Notes: a model not told the origin generated them from the sequence alone. DNA of 64,000 bases from the human T2T-CHM13v2.0 reference genome, Homo sapiens (GCF_009914755.1 NC_060926.1); one strand, 5' to 3'; shown: positions 39,731-55,604, counted from the first letter of the stretch. Numbers and translations are program-made.

Positions 39731-41326
39731 TGAATTTTCCTAACGTATGTATTACCTTTGACTGTACATTCATGTTTAAACATGAGGCAATTGATGAAAT
39801 AGTAATATAAGGCTATTTTGTTGGGAGATTCCTACTTAATAAAATTTAGATATTTTGTTCTTGAATCTATACTAGCTATTATAACTCTACTTGCTATTCT
39901 AGTCTCTAGTTTCAAGACACAGCCTATATACCCCAAGACAGAATTTTTTTTTCTACTTCTCTAAAGAAAAACTTTGCTACTTAAAAAAAAAAAATGTGTT
40001 CGTTGATGATATTGCACTGCCTGGGAGGTGGAAGCCTTGACTCCCGGATATCGTAGATTTGGATGGAAGTGGGAGTAGAGGGTAAGAGGGGTAGCGGGAA
40101 TGCAGCTGATTTGAAGACAGTCATTTTCAGGTATCCTCTTCCTCACTGTCTTCTCCCACCTTCCTGTGTTTTTGAGAAGTGAATTGCTTTTGGGTCCTGC
40201 AGGTCATATTGACTCTCTGGTTGTAACCCCTTACTGCAGAATTCCAGCAATAACTTTCTCTACCCCAGTTTAAAGCTCAGTTATTTTCTTTCTAACAGAT
40301 AGCTGTTGACATTTTCTGCTGATAATGGCTCCCTTCCTATTCTTTTCATGATTGTGGATTTATACATATTTTAATCAACCTCTTTATTATCAATTTAAGG
40401 ATGGCCTTTTGAAGGAAACAAACAAGTTTGATCAGAATGCCATATTAAAATGAAAGTTAGATGTTTTTGCAAGTAAAGTTATTGGCTAAATATACTTTAT
40501 CATTTATATAACTATAAACTAGTAAAATAAGATCCCAGTTGAAACTATGGGATTACAAAATACGTAAGATTTTGGTACAGAAGTCACCTGACTCAATTTT
40601 GATTGCCTTTGCTTTTAAATTAAATCCCAAGCTTCATTATGTTATTCTATCCCTCTTTTTTCAGAATCAGAAAGCCAGTTGATACTCATTCTGAAGTTGT
40701 CAGTCCTAATAACTAATTCATGGGATCCAGATGTAAGCTGAATTGATTATCATAGATTGTGATCAATTATGTTTGTACTTTTGTGGTCTCTGTGGCTGTG
40801 CTGAAATGTTTAGAAAATATAATTTATTCCCTTTATGCATTAATGAGTAGGCATTAAATATTTAATTCATTTACATGTTATCTGGCCCCTCTATTTGGAG
40901 CCGCTTTCTGTTAGTTCTAGACAGTCTCCTAAGAAAACAGTATTATTTCCAGTTTCTCCCCCACATTGTATCATTCAATTTATCCTTCTGTGAAAAACCG
41001 ACAAGGTACTTTGTGGTTCTGAGATTTTCTTCTTCCCTATTTAAAACTTTATGTAGTAGATTAACTTACTTCTAGTTTCCTCTCTCACAGTTCTAGGAAG
41101 GACTTGTCAATCTAATATCAAATACTGAAGCAAAATTCATTTTAAACTTAGGACTTCTCCTGATCCTCACAGATAAAGCCTAGTGACTCCTCCAGTCAGC
41201 CAGAATCTCATTTTTAACCATTTAAAAATATACACACAGAGTGTATTGCCTGGCACTTATTTATTCCCTAAAAGACAATTACTAAATAAATGAATGAATC
41301 CTAGATTTTGCTCTACTCTTGGCTCA

Positions 41327-41478
41327 TGTGGTAGACAGAATAAAGGCAACCCTGAATGTCAGTCCACATCCTAACCCCCAGAACCTGTCATTATGTTACC
41401 TTACATGGCAAAGGGTACTTTACAAATGTAATTAAGTTTTTGACCTTGAGATAGGAAGATTACAATGAATGTATCCAC
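41327..41478 (+). mobile_element. MLT1D-like LTR 5' part
   Basis: tgtggtagacagaataa...gtccacatcctaacccccagaacctg...atgttaccttacatggcaaaggg. Confidence 0.8.
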
Positions 41479-41521
41479 CAACATAACACTTTGAACCTAT
41501 ATGTAATATTTGTAAAAGTAA

Positions 41522-41797
41522 GGCTGGGCATGGTGCCTCACACCTGAAATCCTGGTACTTTGGGAGGCCAAGGCGGAAGGATCACTTGAGCTTAAGAGTC
41601 TGAGACCAGCCCAGGCAAGATGGAGAGACCCCATCTCCACCAAAAATTTAAAAATTAGCCAAATGCAGCTACATGGGAGGCCAAGGCAGGAAGATCACTT
41701 GAACTCAGAAGACCAAGGCTACAGTGAGCCATGTTCATGCCACTGTACTCCAGCCTGGGCAACAGAGCAATACCCAGTTTCAAAAAAGAAAAAAAAA
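41522..41797 (+). mobile_element. AluJ with deletion at the start of the right arm
   Basis: aaggatcacttgagc, ggctacagtgagccatg; TSD about ttgtaaaagt / ttgttaaagt. Confidence 0.92.
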
Positions 41798-41836
41798 TTG
41801 TTAAAGTGACCAAAAAATGAAAATCTGTAGCCAAAC

Positions 41837-42225
41837 CACTGTGGACTAAATTGTGGTCCCCCCTCAAATTCATATGGAAGCCCTAATCACCAAGGTGACT
41901 GTCTGGAGATAGAGCCTTTAGGAGATAATTAAGATTGAAAGAGGTCATAAGGGTGGGGCCCTAATGCCGTAAGACTGTGGCCTTATAAGAAGAGGAAGAG
42001 AGAGAGAGATTTGGGACGATTTCTCCTTCTTATTTACTCTCTGCCGTGTGAATACTCAGGAAGAGGATGCCTATCTGCAAACTGAAAGGAGAGTTGTCAT
42101 TAGAAACTGAATCGGCCATCACCTTGATCTTGAACTTCCCAGTTTCTAGAACTGAGAGAAATAAATGTCTGTCGTTTAAGCTACCCAGTGGTATTTCGTT
42201 ATGGCAGTCTGAGCATACTAGCACA
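41837..42225 (+). mobile_element. MLT1A-like solo LTR
   Basis: tggactaaattgtg...gaggtcataagggtggggccctaat...accttgatcttgaacttcccag...aataaatgtctgtcgtttaag. Confidence 0.85.
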
Positions 42226-42342
42226 CACATCTGAAAAATATATATTTCTCCACAAAAGGTATATAATCTCATGAAACCCTTCATTATTTAAACTGAAAGT
42301 GTAAGAAAGTTGAATTGGATGAAATAATAGTTACACAACACA

Positions 42343-42430
42343 CTATATATATATATACACTTTATATATATATACTCTATATATATACTTTATATATATA
42401 CTTTATATAGATATACTTTACTTTATATAT

Positions 42431-42472
<42 letters not shown>
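42343..42472. repeat. (TA)-rich tract followed by about (CA)18
   Basis: Read directly from the sequence. Confidence 0.92.
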
Positions 42473-42474
<2 letters not shown>

Positions 42475-42829
42475 GGTCATGATCCCCAAAGAGTCATGAA
42501 CTTAATGCTTACCCTTCTCATTAGTGTTTCTCTTTTTGAGACATATTATTTACAAGCCATCCCTCTCTCACAAATGGACTATCCATTTCACTTGATCATA
42601 TTTGATTATAGTCTTGATATCACTTGATTATGGTTTCATAGAGTGCACACAAGACTGATTAAAATAAATTTTTCTTTCTACAACAGATTTGCTAGCAAGC
42701 AACTGTGTTGCTACCTGGCCAAGCAAAAATAAACCAGCATGTCTTTCATTTGCCAAGTTCACTGTACCTTCAGGATACCTATGCTATCATGAGGTGATCA
42801 GAATCATTTGCATTTCAAAATTTTCACTA

Positions 42830-43097
42830 TACCAAATACTGCATGTTCACTTATAAGTGGGAGCAAAATGATGAGAATACATGGACATATAGAGGGGGAC
42901 AACACACACTGGGGCCTGTTGGAGGGTGGGGAGTGGGAGGAGGGAGAGGAGCAGCAAAAATAATTAATAGATATTAGACTTAATACCTGGGTGACAAAGT
43001 AATCTGTATAATAAACCCCCATGACACACATTTACCTATGTAACAAACCTGCACACCCTGTACATATACCCCTGAACTTAAAAGTAAAAAAAAAAAA
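42830..43097 (+). mobile_element. 5'-truncated older L1PA 3' end
   Basis: ccaaatactgcatgttcacttataagtgggag...taatacctgggtgac...tttacctatgtaacaaacctgcac; TSD aaaattttcact / aaaattttact. Confidence 0.93.
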
Positions 43098-45860
43098 ATT
43101 TTACTCTCACTTTCTAAAAATTTTTGTCAATGGACATGTACCTGCTGATGAACAGTAGGATTTATGTTACAAACCAATGACCAAATGTAAAAGAGTAGGT
43201 GGATGAATTTCAACACCCAAGAATTTCAAACCTAAGAGCTGTCAAAAGTAACAGTTTCCCCATACAACAGTGGTAGACTACAGGAAGAATGCATAAGTGG
43301 ATATAACTGGAATGGAATCATTTATGACTTTATGTATCCAGGTTGGGATGATGAATTATAGCTAGAAGTAAAATGATCACATTAACTACAGTATCTAAGT
43401 AAAATACGTGCTAAGAAGGTCCTCCTGAAACATCACTGGTTTTTCAAGGCTGGCTCCTTACAGAATCCACTGAAACTCTGGTGATTTTCTAGGTTGAATG
43501 TTTATAGCATCTACTAGAGTGATAGTCCAACTATGATGAGTAGATAAAGGCTGCACAGCCCTGTTGAAAAAGGAAAGCTGCATCTTGGTCATCAGGCTCA
43601 GTTAAGTAAAAGATTATCGCACAGCTACAAATGAGGGAAACCTTAGAACCAGCCTAGCACTGATGGTAACATTTTAGAAATGAATGTCATTTTGGTCAGA
43701 CAAGTGATTACTGTCGGGTCAAAGAGACCCAGGAATGTCTCCTCAATCATTTCATGCACTAGACCTTTCCCCTGACCTTCAAAGCAGGGCTTCCTTCATC
43801 TTGAAATTCAATCAATTGGCCCTCCCAATCAGAAACATCCAACAAAATCATGCAAGCCAGGCAAATAGTTTTGTGAGCTGATTATTGAATGACGTCCAGA
43901 ATGCCAAAATCATAGTCCTGGGCAATGTTTCTGAAGATGTAAAAAGTATGATTCATTTTACCATTAGGCTGTTATCAGAAAGATTCTCATTTGACATTTA
44001 ATCTTCAGGGACGAATTCCATGCAAACATTCGTAACGTGGCAGAGAAGATTTTCACTATTGCTGTTCCTTAGAACTGTGACATGAATGGAAGTGAGTCCA
44101 ACATGATATGTGGCCATATCTGTTATTCATTCATTCACTCATTCATTCAGCTATTCAACATATAATTTTGGAGGACCTATTTAGTGCCAATCAAAGCTTG
44201 CTACAGATGGTTCTATCGAGCCATCTCTCCTTCATAGAATAAATGATCCTCAAGTTGGGAAACACAAGTTATAAAACAGAACCCTCTATACAAGGCAAGA
44301 GTGTCCTCTTAGCACCCCTCACAAGTGCTCAGTCTCTAGTTCAAATCTTCCGGAAAGCTCTAAAGACAAATTCTCAGGTGTATGAAGTCTTCCCTTCAAT
44401 ATGACCAGTAGCAGCCATATTGCCCTCTGCCAGTGGCATGGCATCCTCAGTTCAGTCAACAAGTTGAAAGGACATCAGCTGCTAGAAGTGGTCTTTGGAG
44501 ATGACAGCAGGATGTTGATGGAGCAAGTATCTTTGGCTTGGGGTTTTATTTATAATGAGAACTGATTGATGGTTCAGCCCATATACACACACTCATGCAA
44601 ACGACTTCATCTTTACAGCACTAAATGTAATGCCATGTTAATTTGGATAAGCAGTTGTTAAGGTTCATATCAAAGGTTTTTTTTTTTTCTGTAATCATTT
44701 ACTTAACGTTTTAATTTTTCCCTGTGTAGTCTCCCAACTAAAATCATCTAACAGTAATCTCTGTGTTAATACCAGACATAGACAGAAAGCATCTGTATTA
44801 TGTCAAGTGTAAAAGAAACAGAAAAGCAGCAATTTCTGATCTTTAGGTAACACTTTTTTTCGTTCTTAACATAATTTTATGTAACAGTGGAATATGATAT
44901 TATAATATCAGGGCAAATTTTTGCAAGCCTATTTGAAATCTCCCTTTCCATTCATTTTAGTCTCTGTCTAGATATGGATATAGTGCAGTTACAGATACAG
45001 AGAAATAATGGAATAGTAGTAAACTTAGTTATTTTTACAACTAAATCCCACCCTCCACTTCAGCATATTCAGTTGCGAAGGGGCAACATTTTGCCAAGCA
45101 GACAGTATAGTAAGAGGAAATCATGATACATTTTTGCAATCCTGTGTCCTACAACAATAGGATATTAAGTGCCTATAGCACTTCACCTAGAAATCTGTTA
45201 CTGGGTCAACAGCCCACTATCTAATGATGAGAAAAGGAGGGCTGGATCCTGTAAATACATACACATGTTTGAACACTGACAGTCACTTTTTGGTGAAAAT
45301 GTGTTATCCCAAAATTGGCATAATCACAGTTTCCACCTCGTTTATGACCAGCATAAAAAATTGCATAAAATATCATGCACAGCTGTAGTCAGAAGGAAGA
45401 TTCAATTTGGGCTTTGTGCAGACTTGACTTGCTGCCAGTGCAGTTACATACATCATCTAGGGCTGCATTTAAAAGGATAAAATACAGTTTTAATTCCTGT
45501 GGCAAATTTATTTTTTCAAGAAGAGATAAAAATGTTAAAATACATCATAAAAAGCATTAAGTCCCTCCCTGCCCCCACCCAGTCCATCTTTTGTTAATAT
45601 AATGTTAAAGGGTTAGCAAAAGATGGGAAAGCCATAAAATTAAAGGTTAGGATTGCAGCTCTATCTGTCCTCGGAATGAGAAGGAATATGGTATGATTGC
45701 ATACTCCTTTTTACTATTTAGACAGCCTCGTTGGGAATATCATATGTGAACAACCTCGAACATCCCTGCTGGTTTCTTTGAGAAATCTCAAAGGCCACAG
45801 TGATAGAGAACAGCATGGGCAAGCTACTAAAGACAGACAAGGTTTTCATCTGAAACCTAA

Positions 45861-46394
<534 letters not shown>

Positions 46395-46561
46395 ACATGG
46401 CTAATTTTATTGACTGAAGCAGAACCAGACCTCTATTCTTGGAAATTTGAACACAACATTCTTTCTACCTCTTTATGCTGCCTCAGAAAGTGCTTGACAC
46501 CTCTAAGAATGAATGAGAGCATCCACTGAGAGATACAGGTGAGAACTTTTTATTTCATAGG

Positions 46562-46758
46562 TGATGGTGTGCTGCAGCCAGTTGGCACAGACTCTTGAGA
46601 GTCTATTATTTTCATCTCTTCCTGACTCACATTCAGTGACTTCATACTGATAACTTGAAATTAGCCATACGGGGAGTATTTACACCACCACAATTGGCAA
46701 ATACTACAAACCAGGGCTCCCTCCCACCCGCTGCATAGACCTTGATCAACACATCACT
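46562..46758. mobile_element. MER63A (hAT-Blackjack)
   Basis: tggtgtgctgcagcc...ttcagtgac...cttgaaattagccat...gggagtatttacacca...ctacaaaccagggct. Confidence 0.8.
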
Positions 46759-47264
46759 CTTCTCGGTGTATCGCCCCAGGAGTCAGCTCATAAATGATTA
46801 AGTGTAACGCTGCTCTCACCCAACAGCCCTCATCCCCTGCCTCCTAAGCTTCAGTGATCAATGCTCAGTTGTTTCCAGCATGGCTTGCCAGGAGCTGCTA
46901 TGAGGCTCCTTCAAGACCACAATGAATCTTGTGAATCAACTGTTTCTGTGGGTAAGGGCTACACCAGCACGCCCAAAACCAGAAGATACCAGACTAGGCA
47001 GTTTTGTCACAATTTATAGAAAGCTAATAGGCTCAATAGTTTTGTCAGAGCTTGAGGTTCCAAAGATTTATTTCTTTTAATCTAAAGAGTGCATTGGTAG
47101 CTTTAGTTTATGTCGATTATGCATAGCTTATCGTTAAGCAAAATTGTGCTGCCAGAGAAACAGCCTTTTGAAATTAAAAAAAAAAAAAAAGGAAGCTGGG
47201 GAAGAAATGTATATAAAGCTAGTTCAACTGCAACCAGAGGGTCTTCTTTACCAACAAGAGGCAA

Positions 47265-47455
47265 GGAAATATAGTTTTTAAGAGCTTTGAGGCATGTAGA
47301 CTTACGTTTGGTCCCAGGTCTAGCAACTATGAGCCCTGTGATCTTAATACAAGTTAGAAACTTCTCTAAGCCTCACTTTCCTCATACGTAAAATGAAAAA
47401 GAAAAATAATATCTTCCTGTTAGGGATTACAAGGATTAAATAAGACAAAGTACAC
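47265..47455 (+). mobile_element. MIR
   Basis: ctgtgatctt...cttctctaagcctcactttcctcat...aggattaaataaga. Confidence 0.75.
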
Positions 47456-47574
47456 TAAACCCTATCTTCTTATGCCTACCCAAGAATTTTGCCCTAGCAA
47501 TTCTTCACTCTCACTCTCATTCTCACTTTTGCTCTCTCCCCTGCATCATCAATGTTTTTGTTCTCTGCTCAGAA

Positions 47575-47775
47575 ATTTATTCCCTGCCACTCAAATGATC
47601 TCTAATGACATTGTCAAGATTATCAGTGACCTCCATGTTTCTAAATTCGTTGTTCTAATCTTTGCTCTCATCTTCTGTGTCTTAGCATGTAACACAGTTA
47701 ATTAACACCTCCTCCTTAAAATACTTTCTTCACTTGGCTTTCAGTACCCCAGACTCTCAAGGTTTCCTTCCTATG
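47575..47775 (+). mobile_element. L2 internal fragment
   Basis: ttgtcaagattatcagtgacctccatgtttctaaat...ctccttaaaatactttcttcacttggctt. Confidence 0.75.
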
Positions 47776-47914
47776 TATGGGCATTACCAATTCCAGTTGT
47801 CTAAGAGCTAAAAAGGAGAGCTATGTAGTGTTATGACAGGCGGCTACAGGGTCACTGGACTGCAGTGAGGAAGGTGGAGTTGCTGCAGGTAAGATGCACA
47901 GAAAATGAACAGGC

Positions 47915-48089
47915 CAGTGGTTTCCAATTTTTGGCTGCACGTCTCAATCAGTTGGAGGGCTTTTGGAACTCATATTGCCCAAGCCACACCAAGTAAATTA
48001 ACATCTCTAGGCATGAGATCCAGGTGTCAGTATTTCTTCTTTAGGTTCCCCAGTTGATTACACTGTGGGACCAACATGGCAAAACATTG
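47915..48089. mobile_element. MER5A1-like
   Basis: cagtggtttccaatttttggctgcac...catctctaggcatgagatccaggtgtcagtattt...ttccccagttgatt. Confidence 0.75.
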
Positions 48090-48403
48090 ACCTAGATGCA
48101 ATAAGAGAAGTAAAGGCAGATCCCAGGAGGAAGAAGCAGTTTATAGAAAGATTCCATGGGGTAAAAACTAGCAAATAAATGAACACAAAAGACTGAAAAT
48201 GTTTAATGACACCAGAGCAAAGAAAATAAGAAATATAGAACACTTGTAAAATAATGGTGATAATACAAGGCATAATATTGGTTAAAAGATGCCAAAAAGG
48301 CCACATTTATAAAGTACTACTTAAGAGACTGGGAGAATAGAGAGATGGTTTGAACTCATGAGAAAGCAAATAAAGATAACAATTAAAAGAATTAGTACTG
48401 TGT

Positions 48404-48714
<311 letters not shown>

Positions 48715-48734
48715 TCAACTGATAGAAAGCCTGG

Positions 48735-48945
48735 AGTCAAATTACTTGTATTTAAATTTGTATTCAACTATTTTCTTTGTGCTAGGGCAAGATACCTCAG
48801 TTTTCTCATATGTAGTATGTATAACAATATAAAATAAACTTATTTCATTAGTTCCTTGGAGGATTAATTTAGATAATTTATATAAGGCACTTAGAATAGC
48901 ACTTGACACATAATAAACATTAAATGATGATGACATTATGATGAT
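48735..48945 (+). mobile_element. MIR
   Basis: cctcagttttctcatatgta...ggattaatttagataat...aaggcacttagaatag. Confidence 0.75.
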
Positions 48946-49789
48946 GCAGGTCTTTGGCAAAAGTTGAGGGAACTTGGCTGAGAAGTTGGCCTAAAGTTAG
49001 GGTTCAATTGGGGAGAACTATGATAGATGCCAAGCTAAGTTCCCTTCTTCCAACCAGGACTAGCACAAGAAATACTGTGAAGCATGAAAAGCTTGTCTCT
49101 AGTCTGCATATTTGTTTTATGGCACTTTCCCCCTTCCTTGTCCTTCAACAGCAGGATTTTTCTACTTTCGAATACCTCACAGTAGAAAATGATTTGATAA
49201 CAGTACCACTCCTGGGATTACTTTTCTCAGTAGTACTGTATATCTTAAAGCCTTATCTGAAACTGTGGAATGAAAGACTCTATCCCCAAAAGAATGTTAG
49301 TAATCAGAAAATTAAATGAGATAATTTAGATTAAAATCACTTTTAATTTATAAATTGCAATGCAAATATTAACCTTCACCTATGATAATTTACTTCTACA
49401 AAGCCCTCTCATTTTTAAGGGGAGTATCCACTTTATTTTCCACATGCCCATCAAAGAGCATATTTGATCTTACTAGAAGGCCAATATCCCTTACTAGTAG
49501 CACATTAATCCTAGACCTATGGGGAAAAGACTTGACTGCAATGAGCATTGTGACAAAAAGGAGGTTTTCAGGTTGCTTATACAAACTTTCGTTCTTTTGA
49601 AAAACCTTAGCATGAAAGACATGCTGCTTTAGTCATAATCAGTGCGATTGAGGAATAAAAGGAAGGGAGGAAACGCAGAGATTCATGTGTTCCTGGAATT
49701 GCAAAGCCTGTTCTTTTTCAGAACCTGTTCTTCCATTTAGAATTCCCACTTCTTACCCATGTACTGCTGCTCTTTCACCCACCGAAGAA

Positions 49790-50100
49790 AAAATTTATGA
49801 AGCACCCACTATGCACCAAGCACCTTTCATGGTCCTAGAAATATAAGATGATAAAACACAGTCTCTGCCCTTGAGAAGAATGCAAGAGAGCAGGGCAAGC
49901 AGTCCACTTATGCAAATAGATCATGTCAATATAACGTAAATTGCAAAGACAATAGGAACAAAGATAGTAGGTACACAGTGCTCTGACAGCTGTTCTTTGC
50001 CCACATTGGAAACCATGATACCACAAGTGTGTCTTGAAAACCAAGGGCCTAATTAGGCAAAGGAATCTGAAAGAATTTTCAAGATAAATAAAAGAAAACA
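49790..50100 (-). mobile_element. L2 3' end
   Basis: tttatgaagcacccactatgcaccaagcac...aaaacacagtctctgccctt. Confidence 0.6.
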
Positions 50101-50577
50101 GGAACTGGCCACAACAGTGTGATGGTTAAATTCTCTCTCAAGTGGTCTTTCTCAGAGTATTAGTAGCCTGGTCTCCAATTACAAAAGCCTTTCGCTTCCT
50201 CCGTAGAGATGCCATATTGTTTCTTTCCACTGGTCTATGGTGATGGTCCCATTTTCTCCCCATAGCTTGCTCTGAAGGTGCACATTCAGTTGGTGCATTC
50301 ACTTGCACCCAAACTGACTCCCCCTAGGTTCACACGCATGACCCAATGATGCCTCTGCACCACAAGGGAAATGGTCTATAAATGCAAATCAAGATTTATA
50401 TATGTGCAAAGAGATACATTACAATAATCTACATGTTTCAAACAATACCAAAAAGGAGTAAATACACATTAAGATGGCTCCACAAAAATAAAACACTCTA
50501 AAGCTCTTAAAAATACATAATTCGGAAATTTTAATTTTATGGTATGGGGAAATTCTCAGAATATTTGCTCCTGTTAT

Positions 50578-50621
50578 ACACACACACACACACACGCACA
50601 CACACACACACACACACACAC
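50578..50621. repeat. (CA)n microsatellite, about 22 units with one CG interruption
   Basis: Read directly from the sequence. Confidence 0.95.
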
Positions 50622-50679
50622 TTATGTAGATGTCTTGTGTTTACATAGGTCCATTTCTCAAAATTTGAGGAAAAAAAAT

Positions 50680-51260
50680 GAATATATAATCCCACCACCC
50701 AGAGATAATCATTGATAACATCTGGGCATACATTTTTCCAGCCCATTCCCCATATATACTTGCTTCTTTTTGAAACAAAATTAGAATCCTGGGGGTTTGC
50801 ATCATACATGATGCTCATCCTATGTAACATCATGTCAAAAACACTTTTCCATGTAATCAATTATTCTTTGAAAATGGGACTTTAATGTCTGTAAATATTC
50901 CATTTTTTTTGAATGTAGCATAACTTATGAAGCAGTTTCATTATGGTGGACAGTAATAATTTCTATACTCTGGTTTTTATAAATGATTCTTCAGTGAACT
51001 TCCTTGACCATGAGTCTTTGTTCATGATTCACTTATTTCCCGAGACTGGCGATATAGAAGTAAAATTACCAGGTCAAAAGGTAAAAGAATTCTAATGCTC
51101 TTGAACAATATTTCCCAAATTGCTTTCCAGAAAGGTTATACCAGCTGATATTCTCACCAGTGATGCACAACGGTGCCCACAACTCTCACACTTGCCAGCA
51201 TCAAGTGTTATCTTTTATCATCATTGCCAATTTGGTAGACAAAAAACAGTATTCTTTTTT
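50680..51260 (-). mobile_element. L1ME-like 3' region
   Basis: aatcccaccacccagagataa...tagaagtaaaattaccaggtcaaaaggta...ccaaattgctttccagaaagg. Confidence 0.78.
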
Positions 51261-51472
51261 GATGCTATATTGCATTAAAACAAAGAATACAAAACTACAT
51301 ATGCGATATGATCTCAACAATGTAGAACTATGGCCAGAAAAATAAAGGAAAGGAAATACATGAAAGTGTAAACATTTTTAGCATCTGGTGGTAGAATAAC
51401 AGATCAGTGCTTTTTTATATATCATTAATAATAATAGTAATATATATGATTATTCAAAAGCTACCAAGTTTG

Positions 51473-51799
<327 letters not shown>

Positions 51800-51824
51800 C
51801 TACCAAGTTTGAGCAAACATGCTA

Positions 51825-51970
51825 CATAATTTTCATGCAGCATCTCATTTAATCCTCAAAACACTGCAAAATTTTACCCCATTTACAGCAGTAAATGACT
51901 CAGTCAAGAAAACTGGGTAGAGGCTGGGACAGTATTTAAACTCTAGCTTAACTAATTCTGCATTTCCTGC
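51825..51970 (-). mobile_element. MIR fragment
   Basis: catctcatttaatcctca...cccattt...agaggctggga. Confidence 0.6.
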
Positions 51971-52612
51971 TTTTTCCTCTTCTTGCTCTTAATTTAACAT
52001 ATTTTTGCTTTCTTGTCAATGAGCATTTTTTTAATCATAAAAAGCAATAAAAGTCATCTTAACTGTCTGCCCCAAATAAGAGGATCCCCTACTACATTTG
52101 TTGCCAATAAAATTTGGCCAGCTTCTCCAGAAAGTAAGCTCATTCCCTACCTCAGGGAGGTAAATGTGAGGTTCTCTGGACATCTCACAATGACCAGGAC
52201 TTGCCCAAAGGCAAGGGGTCACCAGCATCATTAACTGGAGTAACTCTTCCTTGCTCTACGAAACCATACCACATGGGTAACTGCCTAGCTCAGCACACAT
52301 CATCTTGGCTTTGGCTTGTCAGCACATCACTCTGGCCACAAGAAATGCTATCTGTATGAGCAAAAAAGTAGCGACATTAGGGAGATAGGTAGGCAAAGTC
52401 AGAATCCAACTTTTGTCCTTCCTGCATTAATGAGAGGATTGTACTTTCTTCCTATTAGCATTAATCTTAATAGCTTTTGAGAACATAGCAGGCAGGAAGC
52501 AGTGATATAAATATGATGTGTTCTTATGTTTATAAATGATGTTTACTTCATTACGAAAGTCCAGATAATAGCTAGACAATGTTTAATCCTAGTCTTTTAC
52601 AAATTGTATTTT

Positions 52613-53103
<491 letters not shown>

Positions 53104-54076
53104 AATTCTAGTCTTTACATACATATACACAATATTTTAAATATATACTATCTACCTAAAATATTAACAAATCTGAAAAGGAGTCATTATAATATGTCTT
53201 TTGAAGATAAATTTGGATAGATTTTTTAAAACATACTACCTAATTATCATTACAAGCTACATAAATACATATTTGCAATAGATGAATACAATAGCTATTT
53301 TATAGAATAAGAAGCCACTTTTCAAATTGTTGTTTTTGTTTTGGCTTTTATTAAATCTTGATATGTTAAATATTTATATTGAGAACACAATACACAGAAC
53401 AATACGGAAAAAATAAAGAATATTTGTATGAGAGGAAAATGTCCCAAAGCTGACTCTTTTTAATATAAGAAGAACATGTTGCTTGTTTATATAATATATT
53501 CAGACACACTGTCCTACATTTATACCGAAGTGGAAATAAGCATTAACAAACTAGACTTTATTGGTTGAGTTTTGTCCAGAGAGAAATAACTTTTTATAAT
53601 GATTCTATCATTTAGTAATAACTCCTCTTTGTTTCAATGGCTAAAATGTCCAGGTCCTAATCCCCTAGCCCCATGCCATTGCCTTATTTCATTTTAACTC
53701 CAGTCTCTGCTAATTGTTGACCTCTGTGACAACATGAATCAATGCAGAGAACCCTTTGAGGAATTCGCATTCTTGAGAAAAGTGTTACTGAGTTACCTAT
53801 GTCTTGTTTTCCAAGAGCCAAAACAGTCTGCAAATCTGATCACATTTTGCTTTTCCCCATTTTCTATGAGATGCCCAACTCATTTATGATAGCTTCACAA
53901 TCTTCTAATTTGCTGGTTGTTCTTTGAATTTCAAGGTTTTTCATTAGAAAGGAAAGTATTTTAGAAATCTTAATGTATACTTTTCAAGTTGAGAAACAGA
54001 TTTTTTTCTAAGATGCAAAAAAAAATTACTTGTGATGATACTGAGAAATTAATATAAAATTATTGTTTAAATTTGA

Positions 54077-54367
54077 GGTTGGGTGTGGTGGCTCACGCCT
54101 GTAATCCCAGCACTTTGGGTGACCAAGGCAGGTAGATCACTTGAGGTCAGGAATTTGAGACCAGCCTGGCCAACATGGTGAAACCCCATTTCTACTAAAA
54201 ATACAAAACTTAACTGGTTGTGGTGGTGCACCACTGTAATTACTCGGGAGGCTGAGGCAGGAGCATCCCTTGAACCCAGGAGGGTTCAAGGCTGCAGTGA
54301 GCCGAGATCGCACCCTTGCAGTCCAGCCTGGGTGACAAAGCAAGACTCTGTCTCAAAATAAATAAAT
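54077..54367 (+). mobile_element. Older Alu (Jb/Sz-like)
   Basis: Both arms; ggttcaaggctgcagtgagc in the right arm. Confidence 0.93.
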
Positions 54368-55074
54368 TAGTTAATTAGTTGAATAAAATTTAAAAGACTC
54401 AAATCCTGACAAATATTCTGCTTTTACTGCTTAATTTAATGCTTAAATTTACTGTTAATTTCTGGGGTTTGTTTTAACTATGACGTGTAATGTGATTGAT
54501 TTAAGCTTTATTTGGAAAGGAAATTAGAAAATCCATGTCTTATATAGTCATAAAGTTATCTTAAATCATTATTACAAGAGAACAAAATTTTAAAAAGAAA
54601 AATTTTAAATACATTGAACCATAGTATATTGTTATATACAGCATTTTTTTCAAAGAGGCAAATTACTATAATATGTACTTTGCTACCTAACAGCAATAAA
54701 ACTCACGTGACAAACTTTTACCCCTCTTCATTTGTACCTGTGTCTTGCCAACCTCTCAGTTTTCTGTTTCTATCTACCCAAATTATTCTTGGTTGTTAAA
54801 CAGTAGAAGTTCAAGCACAAAATATCACCTTAACACTATGAAGGACAATATTTGTTTTCTAAAGATGACCAGGTCTGTTTCCGGTCATTCTTTTTCTAAG
54901 AGTTTCTACCCTCAGTAAAATTTGTACATCTCAGCCACGTTCTGAGGATTTTTCTCCCTTAGATCTGATCTGGAGTCTAAGTTTTCTCTAAAAATGAGGG
55001 GATTAAACTAGAAGGACCTCTGACCTTTATGGGCAATACAAATTGTAATTAACCCAGTTTGGATTCTAACCTAT

Positions 55075-55197
55075 TCTGCATTCGTTCCACACGTATTTAT
55101 TAAGTACTAGCATGTGCCAGGCGCTGTTTTAGGTGCTGAGGATACAGTGGCAAGTGAGAGCCACATGGTCCCTGCCTGAACCTAATTACACTCTAGA
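55075..55197 (-). mobile_element. L2 3' end
   Basis: tatttattaagtact...tgtgccaggcgctgttttaggtgctgaggatacagtgg...tggtccctgcc. Confidence 0.8.
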
Positions 55198-55562
55198 ACG
55201 TAATTACAGCTGAGTGAGGAAGTTGATGATGCCGCATCAATGCCCCAGTTTTTTTCTCACTAATGCCCTCGTCTCTTCAAATGAAAGACTGAACTCTTCA
55301 CAACTTATTTAAAAGAATCAGATCATTTGACTATCACACCAAATATATTGTAGACCGTTATAGAATCTTGACTCAAAGTTTAGAGGAACACACAATAAAT
55401 TCATTTCTATTTTTCCACCGACATCTTCAGAGCCAAGGGCACTTTGGCTGGCTTTTTTTTTTTTTTCTTGTTTTTAGAAATGTCAAGTACAAGACAGGGC
55501 CACAGACCAATTGAGTGGTTTGTGTTTAGAAAAGCTTGGGTGCAAGAAGAGTTCTCTCTCTG

Positions 55563-55565
<3 letters not shown>

Positions 55566-55604
<39 letters not shown>
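55566..55604. repeat. (CA)19 microsatellite
   Basis: Read directly from the sequence. Confidence 0.95.

Noticed and set aside
39253-39810. Longest ORF (185 aa)
   Set aside because: Non-ATG start, F/L/S/P-biased, runs through a pyrimidine tract and an LTR16; no recognisable domain
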